Source: Chrysochromulina tobinii | Taxonomy: Eukaryota | Assembly: GCA_001275005.1 (NCBI GenBank) | Contig: JWZX01003002.1 | Location: 1-43,548 of the forward strand | Direction of reading: 5' to 3' | DNA length: 43,548 nucleotides | In this document: piece after piece, positions 10,488 through 19,919 of the stretch | Layout: each line of letters starts with the position of its first letter | Numbering within the stretch: the first letter of the stretch is position 1 | Program-made: the position numbers and the translations under genes | Notes under the pieces: model-generated | Seen by the model: only the letters and a program-made list of their open reading frames with translations | The model's database searches: none | Told to the model about the DNA's origin: nothing

Positions 10488-12907
10488 TCAGAATCTCTCG
10501 CCAACCTTGTGAGAATTCTCCGCGTCGCTCAATGCGGCAGCAAACTCCGCGTACGAGATCTCCCCGTCGTCGTCCTGGTCGGCGTACTTCTTGGCGATGG
10601 CGAGGATGTGCTCGTGCGGGAAGGGCAGGTTGAACGAGCGAATACCCAGCTCAAGCTCGAAGAGCGAAAGCTTGCCGGACTTGTCCAGGTCAAACTCACG
10701 GAACGCCGTCTGGAGCAGGTTGTACCTGAGCGGGAGCGCAATCAGCGGTCATCAGCGGCAATCTGCCATTGTCAGCGACTCTCAGAGCACTCGGAGGCCA
10801 TCAGACGTGTGTACTTGGTCTTAATTGACTCAGCGATCCTCCTGCGCTCGCGCTCGAGAGTCTTCTCGTCGAGCGGATTGGTGTCGACGACTGCTTCCAT
10901 CACGAGGGCATTCGGGTTCGAATGGAGCCACGCCGCCTTCTCGCGCTCGTATCTGGACTCCATGTCCATCGGGATCGCCTGATGAGGGGGAGACAGTGAG
11001 GGGTCACATCAGAGATCATCAAGAGGCAATCAGGGCTCATCGGTCTGGACTCTATGCCCATATCGGGATCACCTCCTCGACGACCACCGGCGCTGAAGTC
11101 GTCCCCTTCGGTTTCTTGGACTTGCGCCGGCCGCGCTTGGGCTTCGCATCATCGTCCTCGGCCTTCGCCTCGGTCGGCGGCGCTGGCTGACGGGGAGTCC
11201 TCGTCGGCGCAGGCTCACGGGTCGAAAAGTTGACCCTGGCGCTCATTGGTCCCGAGGGCGGCGGCACGGGCGGCGGCACGGGCTGCTTCGCCACGGGCAA
11301 TGCAGGCGACGCGTCCTGCTTGGCTGCGGGCGTAGGGGAAGTGCTGAAGGAAGTGCTTCCGCGGTGAGTTGACGTGTAGTGGGGGTTCGCCGCGGCTTGT
11401 TTGGCCGCTGCGCGCTTTGCCATGAGTTCCTTCGACTTCGCGGCGAGGTCGATCGCCTTGAACTCCTTTTGCAACTCTTTGTCCGACTTGCCTTGGAGAA
11501 AGGGCGAGGCTTGTGCATTGTCTTCGGCCTTGAGGATCGCCGCGAACTCTGCATACGAGATCTCCCCATCGCCGTCTTGGTCTGCACAGTCGAGCGCAAT
11601 CTGCATCACGTGCTCGTGCGCGAAAGGGAAGTTGAAGTGCTTGACCGCCTGCTCAAGCTCAAACGGCGAGAGGCTCCCTGACTTGTCGATGTCGAACTCG
11701 CGGAACGCCTTCGCCAGGAGCTTGTACCTGGGCAAGTGAGAGGTGGAACCATGTGCGTGCGGCGACGGTCAACAGGGGCGGGCGCGCGCAGAGGCACAGG
11801 CACAGTGGCGCAGATGTGCACATGCCATGTGTATGCATGTGTAGAATGTGTGCCATGAGCACGTGTGCAGTGTGCCATGGGCACGTTAGAGCACGTGTGC
11901 CATGAGCACGCATTCGTGCGCGTTGAGGCCAGCATGCCGCGTCTGCTCACTTAGTCTCAATAGCCTGCGCGAGCATCTTGCGCTGCTTCTCAAGCATCGC
12001 CTTGTCGGCGTCCTCGACACCGGTACGTAGCTCCTCCTCGAGCAATTGGTCTTTCGAGAGCCCCTCGCGGTCCTTTTGGTACCGCGCCTCCGCCGCCTCT
12101 CGTTTGGACATAGGGGCAGCCTCCGAGGGCAGCATGCCTGCAGGCCCGTGGCCGCTGGGTGCAGTCCGAGGACTCCGTAGAGGGCTGAGGTGGCGCGGCG
12201 AGCGGGTGCCGGCAGCGGCGTAAATGCCCTGATCATAGACGCTACCCGGGGGCGCAAAGCGGTCACGCGTCGGACTGAGTAGGGGGCTCCCGCTCATCTG
12301 ACTTCCGCGCGGCGAGGACAGCCCGGGCAATGCTGTGCCACCTCTCAGCGACGCACGGGGCGAGAGCGCGAGCGAATCCAATCCAGGCCTCGGCTTGCAG
12401 TGCTCCTTGGCATACGTAGCGGTCTGCTCCGCTGCAACGAGCCGCTGCAGCACAGCGTGCTCCGTTGCACCGGGCAGCACGCCCGTGATGGGCCCCAGCG
12501 TCTGCTTGAGCATGGTTGCACGCATGCTGGCCTGGGCTAGGGTCATCTGCTTCACAGACCATTGCGCCTCCCGCTCCTCCTGAATCTGGAGTTGCGCCCG
12601 GGCGCCGCCATGGACCATCGCGAGCCTGCATGGGGAGAGAGAGAGGCAGGGACAGCACACATGAGTTGAAATGGCAAGCGTGCGACCGTGATGCGTGAAG
12701 GAAGGAGAGAGAGAGCCGCAGATGCAATACTCACGGAGAATGGAAGATTTGGCCGAACTTCGGTGGCCGCCGCGCCCAAGGCGTCAGACCGCGCGGGCTG
12801 AAGTTGCTTCGCGGGGATAGGCCTTGCATCGATCGCGGCGAAAGGTCTTGAAATGCAGGCGGCTTCAGGTGCGTGACGACGTGTGCAGCATCAGGGCGCG
12901 TCAACAT
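10488..12907 (-). CDS. EF-hand calcium-binding protein, 5 exons: 12907-12735, 12625-11951, 11727-11073, 10978-10815, 10725-10488
   Basis: All four GT-AG introns keep the frame. Two homologous EF-hand pairs: DIDKSGSLSPFE/DQDGDGEISYAE and DLDKSGKLSLFE/DQDDDGEISYAE. The 3' end could include one more intron. Confidence 0.8.
10726..10814 (-). other. Intron 4 of EF-hand gene (89 nt) with CTGATTGC/CTGATGGCC-type repeats
   Basis: AA|GTACAC...CTCAG|GTAC; restores K-Y-N reading frame. Confidence 0.8.
10979..11072 (-). other. Intron 3 of EF-hand gene (94 nt); 5' part resembles the downstream exon
   Basis: GAG|GTGATCCCGAT...CATCAG|GCGATCCCGAT; phase 0. Confidence 0.8.
11728..11950 (-). other. Intron 2 of EF-hand gene (223 nt) with GTGTGCCATGRGCAC repeats
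   Basis: AA|GTGAGC...CCCAG|GTAC; restores K-Y-K. Confidence 0.8.
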
Positions 12908-13239
12908 CGTGCACAACGTGACGACGGTCTGCAGGGACGTTCAGCAGAAATCCGTTACATGGACATCTAAACTTGCATGCATGGCTGCGCCGCAACTTGG
13001 AACTCACCGATGGTGTAATGCCAAATCTACATGGCCCGGGCACGCCGTCATGAGCGCTGCTTCAGTACCGGCCTCTTCTGAGTTGGCCGCGGGGAGCGGT
13101 CGGCTCCGGGGCTGCGGCTGTTTGTTATGTATGAGTCGGCCGCGGATCCGGTCGTCGCGCGGTTGTGCGGTGCGGGTGCGTTGGTGTGGGTTGGGTTGGT
13201 TGTGAGGTTCGTCTGTGTGATCCGTGTGCCCGTGTGCCC

Positions 13240-13428
13240 GTGAACGTTAACACGACAGACGCGACAACCGGTGCTACATGTACGGCACTGTTACTCCCGT
13301 GTGTCACGTGTGTCCCGGCTCCCCAAGGTGAACACTTAAAGGTGACTTTTTACCAGTACTGACTGACTTGACTTGTCTTGTCATGATTACGTACCACCGG
13401 TTGTCGCGTCTGTCGTGTTAACGTTCAC
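13240..13428. repeat. 34-bp perfect inverted repeat pair (13240-13273 and 13395-13428); MITE-like or cruciform-forming
   Basis: gtgaacgttaacacgacagacgcgacaaccggtg and its exact reverse complement, with a 121-bp spacer. Confidence 0.9.
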
Positions 13429-13453
13429 ACGCCCAGACCATCCCCGTTCACAA

Positions 13454-16400
13454 ATGGCGTCTACCCGTACGGAGCGGGTCCTGTGCGACCTCCGCGGGGT
13501 ACTCGCGGACGAGGCGGCCGTGTCGACTCATCTCTCGCTCATCTGCACGGGCTACACCGTTTCGGTCATCCTGCCCAGCCCGAACCCGCAATCGATCGGG
13601 CGGGCGATGCTCACTGGACCGGGCGCTTACAAGGCGGTCTTGGCTGCGCACGGTGAGCAGGCGGAAAGCGCTGCGCGTGCCTTCAGAATGCTCAGGATGC
13701 ACCACGAGTGGTTTTGCCCCTGCGGCGCATCAGGCGTCGAGCCGCTTGCGTACGCATCCTCCTGTGCAACTTGTGGGCGCACACGGCCACGAGATCTTGC
13801 CGCAGCAGTCGCTGAGATCAAGGCTATCGAAGCAGCGGCAGCGGCCGATATGTCGGTGCCAGAGCAGCCCGAGGCGCTACTCGCGGCCGCACCTGTGCTC
13901 GCCGCGTACTGCGCTGAAGCCCGTCCTTCTCGGCCGCCGCCGCCGCTGCCGCAGCCGCACGTGCGACGAGAGGTGCTCAATGACCAATTCGCTGCGGAGG
14001 ACGCCGCTGCCGCCGCTGCATTTGCAGCGGCGACGGTCACACCGCAGCCACTTGAGAGTGCTCCAGCCACCCGGGCGGACGTTTCGGCGCCTCCCACCAA
14101 GCGCAGCAGCAGCAGCAGCAGCAGCGCAGACCATGTTGAGCCCTCGGCCGCCGCCTCGGGCGCCGATGCAGCCGACGTGCTCCCACCAGCCAAGAGGCAG
14201 TGCTGCACTAGCCTTGGTAACGCTCTTCATACGAGCGCACCGCCCTCCGCCGCTACCACCGCAGCTCCTCCTGCCTTTCCACACGGTGCTGCTCCTCCGG
14301 CCTTTCCACACGGTGCTGCTCCTCCGGCCTTTCCACACGGTGCTGCTCCTCCGGCCCTTGGTCTCGCCTCCGCCGTGCGCGTGCCTGGCGCCAACGTGCG
14401 CCCCATCGAGCGTGCGGAGATCTTCCTTGGTGGTGTGCATGCGAGAGGGCCAGTGGCGCATGCGGTGGAGCAGGTACGCACGTTCTTGAGTGCACTGGCT
14501 GGATGGGAGCTCGAGTGCGTGCATGTGCAGCCGGAGAAGCGTCCCGGCTGCATGCGCGCTACCCTCGAGGGAGACGGAGCGTGCGACACGGCGTCGCGAC
14601 TGATCGGGCGCGTGACGCATCCTAAGAGGAACTTCGAGGAGGTCAAGATGCATATCTACTGGCACTGCCCGTGCACACGCCATCCCTTCGCGATCAGGGA
14701 CGACGGGGCCTGTCCGGTTTGTGGAGAGCGCAAGCCGCCGAGTCTGAAGCGGGCAGCCGAGAGAGTCGAGGAGATCGCTGCGGAGTTGTGGGAACGGCAG
14801 CAGCAGGCGCAGCAGGCGCAGGCGCCGCAGGTGCCGCAGGCGCAGCAGGCGCAGCAGGTGCAGCAGGTGCAGCAGGTGCAGCAGGTGCAGCAGCAGGCTG
14901 CTCGGGAACCACTCGTGGCACTGCGCCCGCAGGTGACACCACACCAGCTAGTTTGTGGGGCGATCGTACTGCAGCAGCCGGCGGCTCTACGGCCGCCGCC
15001 GACCACAGTGGCGCCACTTGCTGCGGCAGCTTCGAGGGACAGCGTGGGCGCCAAAGCCCTCGACGTGTGGAATAGCGCCGGCGTGGGCGCCAAAGCCCTC
15101 ACGCCCCTCGACGTGTGGAATGGCGCGCTGGGCGGGAACGCGATTGCGGCCAAGCAGCCAAGGCGGGCGCTGATCTACGACAAGCTGGACGCGTGCCTCT
15201 CGTCTTGCCATGGGTGGGGCGGCCCGATGGGTGGTGCAAGCGGCTGGCGGGCTTGGGCATTTGATGTGCCTGGCCGGGGCGACGGCGCTCCCAAGCTGTA
15301 TCTCGGCATGCAGCTCGCCGATTTCGCGGGCACGTACGTGTCGTTGCGCCCCGAGCAACGGAACGTGTACGAGATCATTGAGGCGAGCCATCCCGTGTGG
15401 CCCTACTTTGACCTAGAGTACGAGCACAGCGCCCGGCACGGCGTCCAGCACGGGCTCGGAGAAGCCCACTATCCCCCCCTCAACCACCACGTCGACGGCG
15501 ACGCCCTTTCTACGGCCGTGGCGCGGGCCGCGACGGAGGTGCTCCACGAGCAGTTTGCGATCGCGTGGCAGAACTGGACTGCTGAGGGAGCTGGCGCGCG
15601 CGACCCTTCTCTCTCGACTCTCGACTTGAGCGCTGCGCTTCCGCGCTGGAGCCATCTGGTGACGCCATCGGGGACGTCGACTGCTGCTGCTGCTACTGCT
15701 GCCTCTGCAGCCTCTGCTACCGCTGCTGTCCTCGCACCGTCACTTGAGGTCGAGGTGGTGGCCCTCGACTCCCACAAGCCGACCAAGTACTCTCGACACC
15801 TCATTCTCCGACCTCACATTGTGGACATTGTGGAGATGGCCGCCGCCACAGCCACCGCCGCGCCCGCCTCAAAGCGACTACCTCTCCCGCTCGCAGGCAC
15901 GGCCGCAGCCAAGGTCCTCGCACGCCTCGTGTGCGACCGGTTAGGAGAGGTGCTCCATGTGCACACCAAGAAATCGGCGGCGCAGCCACCGAGACCGGCG
16001 CCGTTACCGGTAGGCGAGGCAATGGGCGAGGCTGCCCACGCCGCGAACGCTGGCAGCGCAGCCGAGGCGGCTCTGCGCGCCGATCCTGCTACCGCCAGCG
16101 ACGGCGTACCAGAAGCGCCGTCCGCCGACGATGGTGCCGGTACTCAAGTGGCGAAGCCGGCCTCTTTTGTTGACCTGAGCGTCTACACTCGCAACCGGTG
16201 CTTCCGCATCGTTGGGTCTGCAAAGCTGGGCAAGCCCGACGCGCCGCCGCCACCTGCGCTCGTGATCAACGACGCCGCGTGCGCGCACCTGCCCGTCGAG
16301 CTGCTCTCGCCACCGCCCTCGTCACGTTCGATGGCAGAGCAGCTCGAGCTGAGCCTCGTGATGCCTCTGCTCGCCAACGGCTCTTCGTCTGACAAGAAGA

Positions 16401-17302
16401 CCCAGACTGCTGGCACGCGCTCGTCGGATCCCGATGCAGTGGCGGCCATGCACGCCCTCACGCGTCGGCACTGGGCCACTCTCGATCTGCCCGAGGCGCT
16501 CCTCGCCTCCTCGCCTGCGCAGCTCCCCTCTGCCCTCGACTCGGAAAGTTGGCGTGGCCCTCGGAGCTCGATTGGACCAGGCAGGCTGGACGCCGGGCTG
16601 GACGCCGGGCTGGGCGCCGGGCTGGGCGCCGAGCTGGGCGCCGAGCTGGGCGCCGGGCTGGGCGCCGAGCTGGGCGCGACGGCGGCCGCTGCCGGCCACG
16701 ATGGCACACATGAGGTTGGCAGAGGCGATAGGGCCGTCAGGCATGGCCGAGGCGACGTGTGGGCAGAAGGGGCGGCCGCAAGTCCCGAAGCGTGGCTGGC
16801 ATCCATCGAGGGACTGACGAGCACTCCGCTCCTCGACATACCCCCCGGGCTGGACGGCGGCTCGCTGAGCAAGCATCCCTTTGTGCGCTATGTCCGGCGG
16901 GGCCAGGACGGGCGCGTGCCACGACCGTTTGATCGGCTGGCCGCATGGGCGACGCTCCAGTTTGGGAGATGGGGCGGCGGCGTGCAAGCGAGCGTGGGCA
17001 TCGGCAAGTGGATCTACTTGCGCTCCGAGTTCCCTCTCGAGCGGCTGCTGCACCTGACCGCCACCGGCACGCGCTTCTGCTTTGCCAAGGGGCGGCAGCA
17101 CAAGGGCCAGCACGTCATGCTCACAGTCGATCTCGTCGCGCAGGTGGCGTACCAACGATGCTGGGACAATACCGATTGCGTGGTGCACGGCCCACGGGGC
17201 ATTCACCTCAAGAGCAAGCATCCGCTTGGGCGCCCACCGATCGATGTGCTCCCCACGTGGGCCGAGCTGCAGAGATTCGAGGAGACGAACGAGACAGCAT
17301 AA
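13454..17302 (+). CDS. PRIMPOL: PrimPol-like primase-polymerase (AEP superfamily) with long N-terminal extension
   Basis: NVYEII...PYFDLEY (DxE), KYSRHLI (SxH) and FVDLSVYTRNRCFR...SAK motifs. C-terminal UL52-type zinc finger RFC..KGRQHK..H...QRCWD..C. Confidence 0.9.
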   Translation: MASTRTERVLCDLRGVLADEAAVSTHLSLICTGYTVSVILPSPNPQSIGRAMLTGPGAYKAVLAAHGEQAESAARAFRMLRMHHEWFCPCGASGVEPLAYASSCATCGRTRPRDLAAAVAEIKAIEAAAAADMSVPEQPEALLAAAPVLAAYCAEARPSRPPPPLPQPHVRREVLNDQFAAEDAAAAAAFAAATVTPQPLESAPATRADVSAPPTKRSSSSSSSADHVEPSAAASGADAADVLPPAKRQCCTSLGNALHTSAPPSAATTAAPPAFPHGAAPPAFPHGAAPPAFPHGAAPPALGLASAVRVPGANVRPIERAEIFLGGVHARGPVAHAVEQVRTFLSALAGWELECVHVQPEKRPGCMRATLEGDGACDTASRLIGRVTHPKRNFEEVKMHIYWHCPCTRHPFAIRDDGACPVCGERKPPSLKRAAERVEEIAAELWERQQQAQQAQAPQVPQAQQAQQVQQVQQVQQVQQQAAREPLVALRPQVTPHQLVCGAIVLQQPAALRPPPTTVAPLAAAASRDSVGAKALDVWNSAGVGAKALTPLDVWNGALGGNAIAAKQPRRALIYDKLDACLSSCHGWGGPMGGASGWRAWAFDVPGRGDGAPKLYLGMQLADFAGTYVSLRPEQRNVYEIIEASHPVWPYFDLEYEHSARHGVQHGLGEAHYPPLNHHVDGDALSTAVARAATEVLHEQFAIAWQNWTAEGAGARDPSLSTLDLSAALPRWSHLVTPSGTSTAAAATAASAASATAAVLAPSLEVEVVALDSHKPTKYSRHLILRPHIVDIVEMAAATATAAPASKRLPLPLAGTAAAKVLARLVCDRLGEVLHVHTKKSAAQPPRPAPLPVGEAMGEAAHAANAGSAAEAALRADPATASDGVPEAPSADDGAGTQVAKPASFVDLSVYTRNRCFRIVGSAKLGKPDAPPPPALVINDAACAHLPVELLSPPPSSRSMAEQLELSLVMPLLANGSSSDKKTQTAGTRSSDPDAVAAMHALTRRHWATLDLPEALLASSPAQLPSALDSESWRGPRSSIGPGRLDAGLDAGLGAGLGAELGAELGAGLGAELGATAAAAGHDGTHEVGRGDRAVRHGRGDVWAEGAAASPEAWLASIEGLTSTPLLDIPPGLDGGSLSKHPFVRYVRRGQDGRVPRPFDRLAAWATLQFGRWGGGVQASVGIGKWIYLRSEFPLERLLHLTATGTRFCFAKGRQHKGQHVMLTVDLVAQVAYQRCWDNTDCVVHGPRGIHLKSKHPLGRPPIDVLPTWAELQRFEETNETA
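14263..14357 (+). repeat. 27-nt coding tandem repeat (AAPPAFPHG) x3 in PrimPol
   Basis: gctcctccggcctttccacacggtgct repeated. Confidence 0.85.
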
Positions 17303-17929
17303 ACAAGAAAAGGCGTCCGATACTCCGATTCGCGTTCGGTTAGATCCGCAAAAACCAAGTGTTGAAAATGCAGGTTAGCTTCAGAGCGGATGTAGACTGT
17401 AGTACATGGTATTCCCTAGTACTACTGCTGTAGGCCGCAGTAGTATTTTTGTGTGATATATGAGTGTCGGTCCCCGGGACCCGGCTCCCCCGGACGTGAA
17501 GAGAGTGTTTCTCTGTTTCTAAAACAGCGAGCTGGCTGACCATTTTTCACACAACAAGAACCATTTACGAACACTGTTCTAAAATAGGCACTGCGCGCGA
17601 TGGTTTGCGATACTATACCTTCTTTTGTGTCGCACTTGTACCGATTCGTTTGCGAGGGCGCTGGCGCTTCGACATGCGGCCAAGGAAGAGGAGCTCAAAC
17701 CAGTCAAGGAGTCTGACCCGCTGAAGGAGTCTGCTCCGCTGGTCGAAAATAAGAGCGAGGATGGCGAGGGCACGTGCACCAAATCAACGGACCACTATTG
17801 CACTCGTCGCTTTGGTCGAATTTCACAGCTAACGTTTCACAGGAACCCTTTTCTCATGGCGAAGGGAGTGCTGCGGCTGGCTGTCGAGACCATTCGACAC
17901 GCGCTTTTCGAGAGGACAGCGAATGTATA

Positions 17930-19615
17930 ATGAAACGTGCGTACGCATATTGTCACGGATTCCTCTCTGGCCCATCGTCTTCAAAAGGGCGCTTCCTGGC
18001 ATCGGCTCTGGCGTGGCGCGGCGTCTCACTCGCGCTCCTTGACCTCAATCTGCCCGACGGCCACCCTGCAAGTCTATCGCATGAGGGCGCGTTGAGCGCG
18101 ATTGACGAGTTCTGGAAGGCCGCACAGCGCGAATCGCCGGGCACACGACTGTGCCTGGTGGGAAGCAGCTTTGGCGGCTGGGCAGCCGCCGCATATGCGC
18201 ATCGCCACCCCGAACGTGTGAGCCGGTGCTTACTCCTGTGTCCAGGCTTCGAGTTAGGTAGCCGCTGGCAGAGCATTGTGGGCGGCGCTGATGAACTGCT
18301 CGCGTGGGAGCGCGATGGCGCGCGCACGTTTCTGATGCCGCACACGGGAGCTCCAGTGCGGATCCCGTGGCGCTTCGCGGCGGACAGCATGCGCCTTGAC
18401 GTGAGCGGGCCGTTGGTGGTGCGCTGCCCAACCGCCATCATTCACGGGCTGCAGGATGATGTCGTCCCAGCTGATGTGTCGCGCCGCTTTGCATCCTGCC
18501 ACGCATGCGTGAGCCTCTCCGTACTGGACGACGATCATTGGCTTTGCCAGCCTTCCAGCCTCGAGCGAATAAAGATGGCAGCAGAAGAACTATTCGAGCT
18601 TTCGCCTGCGGCCGACGACGGGGCTGCGCTGGCCACCGGCTCGCTCGATCGGCAAGAAGAGGTCTTTGAGGCGGAGCGTAAGTTGGTCGTGCGGGACGCT
18701 GCTGCGCTTGAGGCGGCATTGAGCAGCGCCGCCGCCGTCTCCTCCTCCGCTGCCAACGTGAGCGTGCATTTTGTCGAGGAGACGATGTTCATCGATGTGT
18801 ACTACGATGACACCACCGCGAGCCTTGCGCGGCGCGGCGCATGGCTGCGGCAACGAGCTGGCCGTTGGGAGCTCAAGCTTGAGGCCGGCACGGGAGCTGG
18901 CGCCGCGGCCGATGGCGTCGCTGACACAGCAGAGGTCCATCGAGAGTTCATCGGCGCTGCGAGTGTGCTTGGCTGGCTACGTGCTCTTCCTGAGGCCAGC
19001 GCGTCTACTGCGGCGCCTCAGGAAGACAACCCCAAGACAGCTACTGCGACTCTCAGTGGTGCCCAAGGCGCCGCATCGGGCGCCACTTCCGACGAGCCGC
19101 CCGGTACGGCGCCCGGCACCACACTACTTGAACCCGAGGATTCAGACGCACAGCTCAGGCAGCTGCTGCGCCGGCGGGGCGTGGCGGCCATCGCTGCTTT
19201 CGGGACGACGCGCCGACGCTGGTGCGCAGGCGATCTCATGCTCGATCTCGATCGCGCCTGGACGATCTCACGCGAGCTCGAACTCAATCTCGATCTGGAT
19301 CGCGCCAGGACGCCACACGCACAGGGCGTGGCTGACGAGAGCTCTGCACTGGCTTCCATCTCGGACGCGTCGAACAAGCCGCACGCTTCGCCGTTTTATG
19401 AGGTACTCGAGATCGAGGCTCTCGGACCCACGGCCGCGACGGCAAGCGCTCGGCTCAAATACGGCATCGGCCCTCTGCTCGAACGGCTCGGCGCCGTCGT
19501 GGGCAGCTCCCCGGGCGTTGTTGAGGGCAAGCTCGAGCGTTACATGGCGCGCTACCGGGCAGGTGGCGCGCACGCGGCGCTCTTTAGTGAATATCGAAAG
19601 AGGGCACAGCAGTGA
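17930..19615 (+). CDS. YqiA/UPF0227-type alpha/beta hydrolase fused to a CYTH (thiamine-triphosphatase-like) domain
   Basis: YCHGFLSGPSS, GSSFGG nucleophile elbow, IIHGLQDDVVP and DDDH, then FEAERKL (ExExK), DVYYD, WLRQR.GRWELK, FGTTRRRW, LDLD and VLEIE. Confidence 0.8.
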   Translation: MKRAYAYCHGFLSGPSSSKGRFLASALAWRGVSLALLDLNLPDGHPASLSHEGALSAIDEFWKAAQRESPGTRLCLVGSSFGGWAAAAYAHRHPERVSRCLLLCPGFELGSRWQSIVGGADELLAWERDGARTFLMPHTGAPVRIPWRFAADSMRLDVSGPLVVRCPTAIIHGLQDDVVPADVSRRFASCHACVSLSVLDDDHWLCQPSSLERIKMAAEELFELSPAADDGAALATGSLDRQEEVFEAERKLVVRDAAALEAALSSAAAVSSSAANVSVHFVEETMFIDVYYDDTTASLARRGAWLRQRAGRWELKLEAGTGAGAAADGVADTAEVHREFIGAASVLGWLRALPEASASTAAPQEDNPKTATATLSGAQGAASGATSDEPPGTAPGTTLLEPEDSDAQLRQLLRRRGVAAIAAFGTTRRRWCAGDLMLDLDRAWTISRELELNLDLDRARTPHAQGVADESSALASISDASNKPHASPFYEVLEIEALGPTAATASARLKYGIGPLLERLGAVVGSSPGVVEGKLERYMARYRAGGAHAALFSEYRKRAQQ

Positions 19616-19919
19616 GTCGTGAGAGGAACATATTGGTTATTGCGGCGCTCCTCGATCTCACTAGCGCTGACTAGTACAATTACTTCAGAGCTCGCGCGCA
19701 GGCCGCCCGTCGTGTCCGTGTAAAAAAGTGTAATATTCGGTAATCATTGTTCGTCGACTCAAAAGTAAAGCCGAGCCGAAAGGAATGGCCGATCCGCAAA
19801 CCCACCGCGCATACAGCCGCAAGGCATATGGTATGCCGTGGCCAATGCGCCGCACGTTCCTTCACCACTTTCTACTTTTTCACTCCTGCCGTCTGAAGAT
19901 GCGTCCGGTCTCTACCTCC

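Noticed and set aside
17420..17450. Hairpin followed by a T-run resembling an intrinsic terminator
   Set aside because: Eukaryotic nuclear context; a 9-bp stem can arise by chance.
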